A stretch of DNA of 64,000 nucleotides from an uncultured Actinomycetes bacterium (GTDB taxonomy: Bacteria; Actinomycetota; Thermoleophilia; Gaiellales; JAICJC01): NCBI GenBank assembly GCA_963708725.1, contig CAVPTL010000014.1:74497-138496 (forward strand), given 5' to 3'. Positions within the stretch are counted from its first letter, which is position 1. Each line of letters opens with the position of its first letter. Positions 61,368-64,000 of the stretch are shown here, one piece after another. Below the pieces are notes generated by a model. It worked only from the letters and a program-made list of their open reading frames with translations. It was not told the origin of the DNA and made no database searches. The translations under genes and the position numbers were made by a program.

Positions 61368-61964
61368 CTACGCCGGGCCGTAGAAGCCGGCAGCCCATGG
61401 ATCGAAGTGATCCGGCGCCTGCCAATGCGGGATCGACATCCCCGCGATATTGACCGTTCGAGCGGTCGGCTCGGCCCGATGCGCCACCGCGGCAGCGCAC
61501 GCCTGGCATGCCGGCACGCGAGCCGGCGGCTCGCCCGTCGGGGCCCAGTCGACATCGACGACCGACAGTCCGTGGGCGGGATCGAAATAACACGGCCGGC
61601 GCTGCTCGGGGGCCTCTCGACCCTCGACCGCCGCCTGCGCGCACTGGACGGCGTAGAAGCCCTCCGCAACGGCTGCCGTGGCGGCCTGTACGTCTGCGGG
61701 ATGCCGGGCACCGGCCAGCGCCTGGTTGGCCCGTCGCTCACACTCGCGAGCGTGGTCAAGCTCGGCCACCGCCTCGGGCGGGGTGCCGACCCTGCGAATC
61801 TGCTCGGTGAGCGCCGTGACATCGTGCTCGGCGAACCGCCGCACCTGATCGGTGAGCGCCGCGTCTGCGGACGAGCGGTTCTTGACGACCGTCCACACCA
61901 GCAGCAAGATCGCGGCCACGACGATCACGATCATGATCGGAATGAAGCTCGCAAATACCATCAC
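61368..61964 (-). CDS. Membrane-anchored hypothetical protein with a C-terminal C/H/C/C motif
   Basis: N-terminal TM helix, helical region, '[11 protein letters not shown]...VPACQAC'. Confidence 0.75.
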   Translation of the reverse strand: MMVFASFIPIMIVIVVAAILLLVWTVVKNRSSADAALTDQVRRFAEHDVTALTEQIRRVGTPPEAVAELDHARECERRANQALAGARHPADVQAATAAVAEGFYAVQCAQAAVEGREAPEQRRPCYFDPAHGLSVVDVDWAPTGEPPARVPACQACAAAVAHRAEPTARTVNIAGMSIPHWQAPDHFDPWAAGFYGPA

Positions 61965-62869
61965 GCCATCACCTCCACCGTCGCGCCGTCTGAGCGCGAC
62001 TCCGCGGAGAGCACGTCGTTGAGGGCCTGGATCGAGACCTCGACCTGGTCCAGCGTCGGCTCACGCGTAGTCAGGGATTGAAGCCACAATCCCGGTTTGA
62101 GAAGCGTCTGCACAACCCTGCTATCGGGATGTCGGCTCCCAAACCTGATCAATTCATACGCAAGCCCCGCAATTACTGGCAAAAGTACGATCCGAGAAAC
62201 GATCAATGTCGGCAACGCGGGCCGGCCGACGAGTGCGAATACGAAGATGGCGATCACCATCACCCACAGGAGAAATGCGGTGCCGCAGCGCACGTGCACC
62301 TTCGAAAACGACTGCACCTTCTCGGGGGTGAGCTCGGAGCCGGCCTCGAACGCGTTGATCGCCTTATGCTCGGCCGCGTGGTACTGGTAGACCCGTCGCA
62401 GATCGGGAATCAGCGAGATCAGTGCGAGATAGCCGATCAGAAGCGCCACCCGGATGCAGCCTTCGACCACCACGAACAGCGCGGTGTCGTGGATCGGCAG
62501 GAGCGACACCAGGAGCACCGGCGAGACCTTGAACACGATCACGGCGAACCCGATCGCGATCGCAAACGCGAACGCGAGCTGGCCCTTGGTCAGCTCGGTT
62601 GACTCCTCGGACATGTCGTCGCCATCGTCGGCGGCGTAGTTGGCCGACACCGCGAGTGCCCGAAAGCCGATCGCAAGCGACTCACCAAGCGCCACCATGC
62701 CGCGGATGACCGGCAGTCGCAGTACCCGGTGACGGGCGGCGGCGCTTCGGATCGGCACGCAGATGCTCGACACTCCGCCGTCGGGACGGCGCACGGCGAC
62801 CGCCCATGACCCTGGGCTTCGCATCATCACGCCTTCCAACACAGCCTGACCGCCGACGTTGGCGCTCAC
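61961..62869 (-). CDS. DUF1385 membrane protein
   Basis: 'VGGQAVLEGVMM', 'YHAAEHK', 'H.RCGT.F', 'LQ.LTTREP'; usual rpmE-prfA neighbourhood. Confidence 0.92.
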   Translation of the reverse strand: MSANVGGQAVLEGVMMRSPGSWAVAVRRPDGGVSSICVPIRSAAARHRVLRLPVIRGMVALGESLAIGFRALAVSANYAADDGDDMSEESTELTKGQLAFAFAIAIGFAVIVFKVSPVLLVSLLPIHDTALFVVVEGCIRVALLIGYLALISLIPDLRRVYQYHAAEHKAINAFEAGSELTPEKVQSFSKVHVRCGTAFLLWVMVIAIFVFALVGRPALPTLIVSRIVLLPVIAGLAYELIRFGSRHPDSRVVQTLLKPGLWLQSLTTREPTLDQVEVSIQALNDVLSAESRSDGATVEVMA

Positions 62870-62916
62870 TGTGTGTCCCGGATGCTTTCCATCCCTGGGA
62901 CCATCGGCACGAACTC

Positions 62917-63123
62917 CTATGTGGTTGACCGCGCCTGGCGGCGACGAAACCGCTCAACGCGTCCACCGGTGTCCACGAGCTTCTGCTTGCCGGTGTAAAA
63001 CGGATGACAATCGGCGCAGATCTCGACGTGCAGCTCGGGCTTGGTGGCGCGAGTGACAAAGTCGTTTCCACACGAGCAATGGACGTGTGAGACGACGTAG
63101 TTTGGGTGAATATCCGGCTTCAT
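62917..63123 (-). CDS. rpmE: 50S ribosomal protein L31 (zinc-binding type)
   Basis: 'MKPDIHPNY...CSCG...[13 protein letters not shown]'. Confidence 0.98.
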   Translation of the reverse strand: MKPDIHPNYVVSHVHCSCGNDFVTRATKPELHVEICADCHPFYTGKQKLVDTGGRVERFRRRQARSTT

Positions 63124-63130
63124 CTTGATC

Positions 63131-64000
63131 TCAGCTTAGCACGAGGTTTGCCTGCTCCACGGCGGCCTCCACGGCCTCGCCGTCGACGTCCAGGTGAGTG
63201 ACGAATCGCACGGTCGTGGGACTCAGGTCGGCACACAGGACACCGACCGCGGCGAGCTCGGCCACGAGTTCGCGGGCGTTGTTGCCCTCGGCCACCCGGG
63301 CAAGCACGATGTTGGTCTGGACGGCGTCGGGATCGAACTCCAGCCGCGAGCCGCCGGCCAGTCCGAGCGCCAGAGCCCGCGCGTTTCGGTGATCCTGCTC
63401 GAGCCGATCGACGTGGTTTCGCAGGGCGTGCAGGGCCCCGGCGGCGATGATGCCCGCCTGCCGCATCCCGCCCCCGAAAAGTTTGCGATTGCGGCGGGCG
63501 CGCTCGACGAATACCTCGGTGCCGGCGACCGCCGAGCCCACCGGCGCACCCAGGCCCTTGGAGAAGCACACGCTGACCGAGTCCGCAGTGGCGGCGATCT
63601 CGGCCGGCGAAAGCCCGGTGGCGACCGCCGCATTCCAGATTCGCGCGCCGTCGATGTGCATCGCCAGGCCGTGCTCTCGAGCCCACGCCGACAGCGCGAG
63701 CAACCGTCCCTGTGGATACACCAGCCCACCCAGCTCGCCGACGGTGTTTTCGGCCCACACCAGGCTCTGGCGGGCATGGTGGATGTCGCTGGGGTCGCGG
63801 AGGTATCGCTCGAGCAGCTCGGGCTCGAGCACGCCGCCTGCACCGGTGAGGGTGCGGGGCTGGACGCCTGCCAGCGCGGCCACGCCACCCTGCTCGTGCA
63901 CGACCACGTGCGCGAGCTCGTGGACGAGCATCTCGTCTCCGGGCCGGGTGTGCGAGCGCACCGAGATCAGGTTGCCCATCGTGCCCGAGGGGACGTACAC
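63131..64000 (-). CDS. ltaE: Low-specificity L-threonine aldolase (5' end outside the window)
   Basis: 'PSGTMGN', 'ENT', 'HIDGARI', '[11 protein letters not shown]', 'GGGMRQAG'. Confidence 0.93.
   Translation of the reverse strand: MYVPSGTMGNLISVRSHTRPGDEMLVHELAHVVVHEQGGVAALAGVQPRTLTGAGGVLEPELLERYLRDPSDIHHARQSLVWAENTVGELGGLVYPQGRLLALSAWAREHGLAMHIDGARIWNAAVATGLSPAEIAATADSVSVCFSKGLGAPVGSAVAGTEVFVERARRNRKLFGGGMRQAGIIAAGALHALRNHVDRLEQDHRNARALALGLAGGSRLEFDPDAVQTNIVLARVAEGNNARELVAELAAVGVLCADLSPTTVRFVTHLDVDGEAVEAAVEQANLVLS

Overview
High-GC bacterial chromosome segment, most consistent with deep-branching Actinomycetota (Thermoleophilia/Gaiellales-like; inferred from gene order, the frameshifted prfB and the tmRNA tag). 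From about 15.7 kb to the end it is a mostly minus-strand housekeeping block: ltaE-rpmE-prfA-prmC-sua5-glyA-upp-wecA-like-atp genes, ugd-manC-like-pgi/pmi-ahcY-mtnA-UGPase-comF-hpf-secA-prfB-ftsEX-rnr-PBP-smpB. The first ~15 kb is a mixed accessory region around tmRNA (ssrA, 10116-10470). Most notable: (1) a 29-31 bp perfect palindrome in four dispersed copies, each supplying the stop codon of a neighbouring gene, one copy with symmetric changes in both arms; (2) the F-type ATP synthase operon split between atpG and atpD by ~8.8 kb carrying a peptide ABC transporter, a PrsA-like foldase and an orphan anti-sigma; (3) a ~0.5 kb relic island at the tmRNA 3' end holding only an HTH antitoxin-like gene; (4) an unannotated 51-aa ORF overlapping a Cys/His-motif hypothetical gene; (5) a probable leader peptide plus hairpin before an MFS gene; (6) a prfB +1 frameshift site without the canonical internal SD; (7) many apparently leaderless genes. 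No CRISPR array, transposase, integrase, rRNA or tRNA was seen. All product calls are from motif recognition by eye, not database searches.
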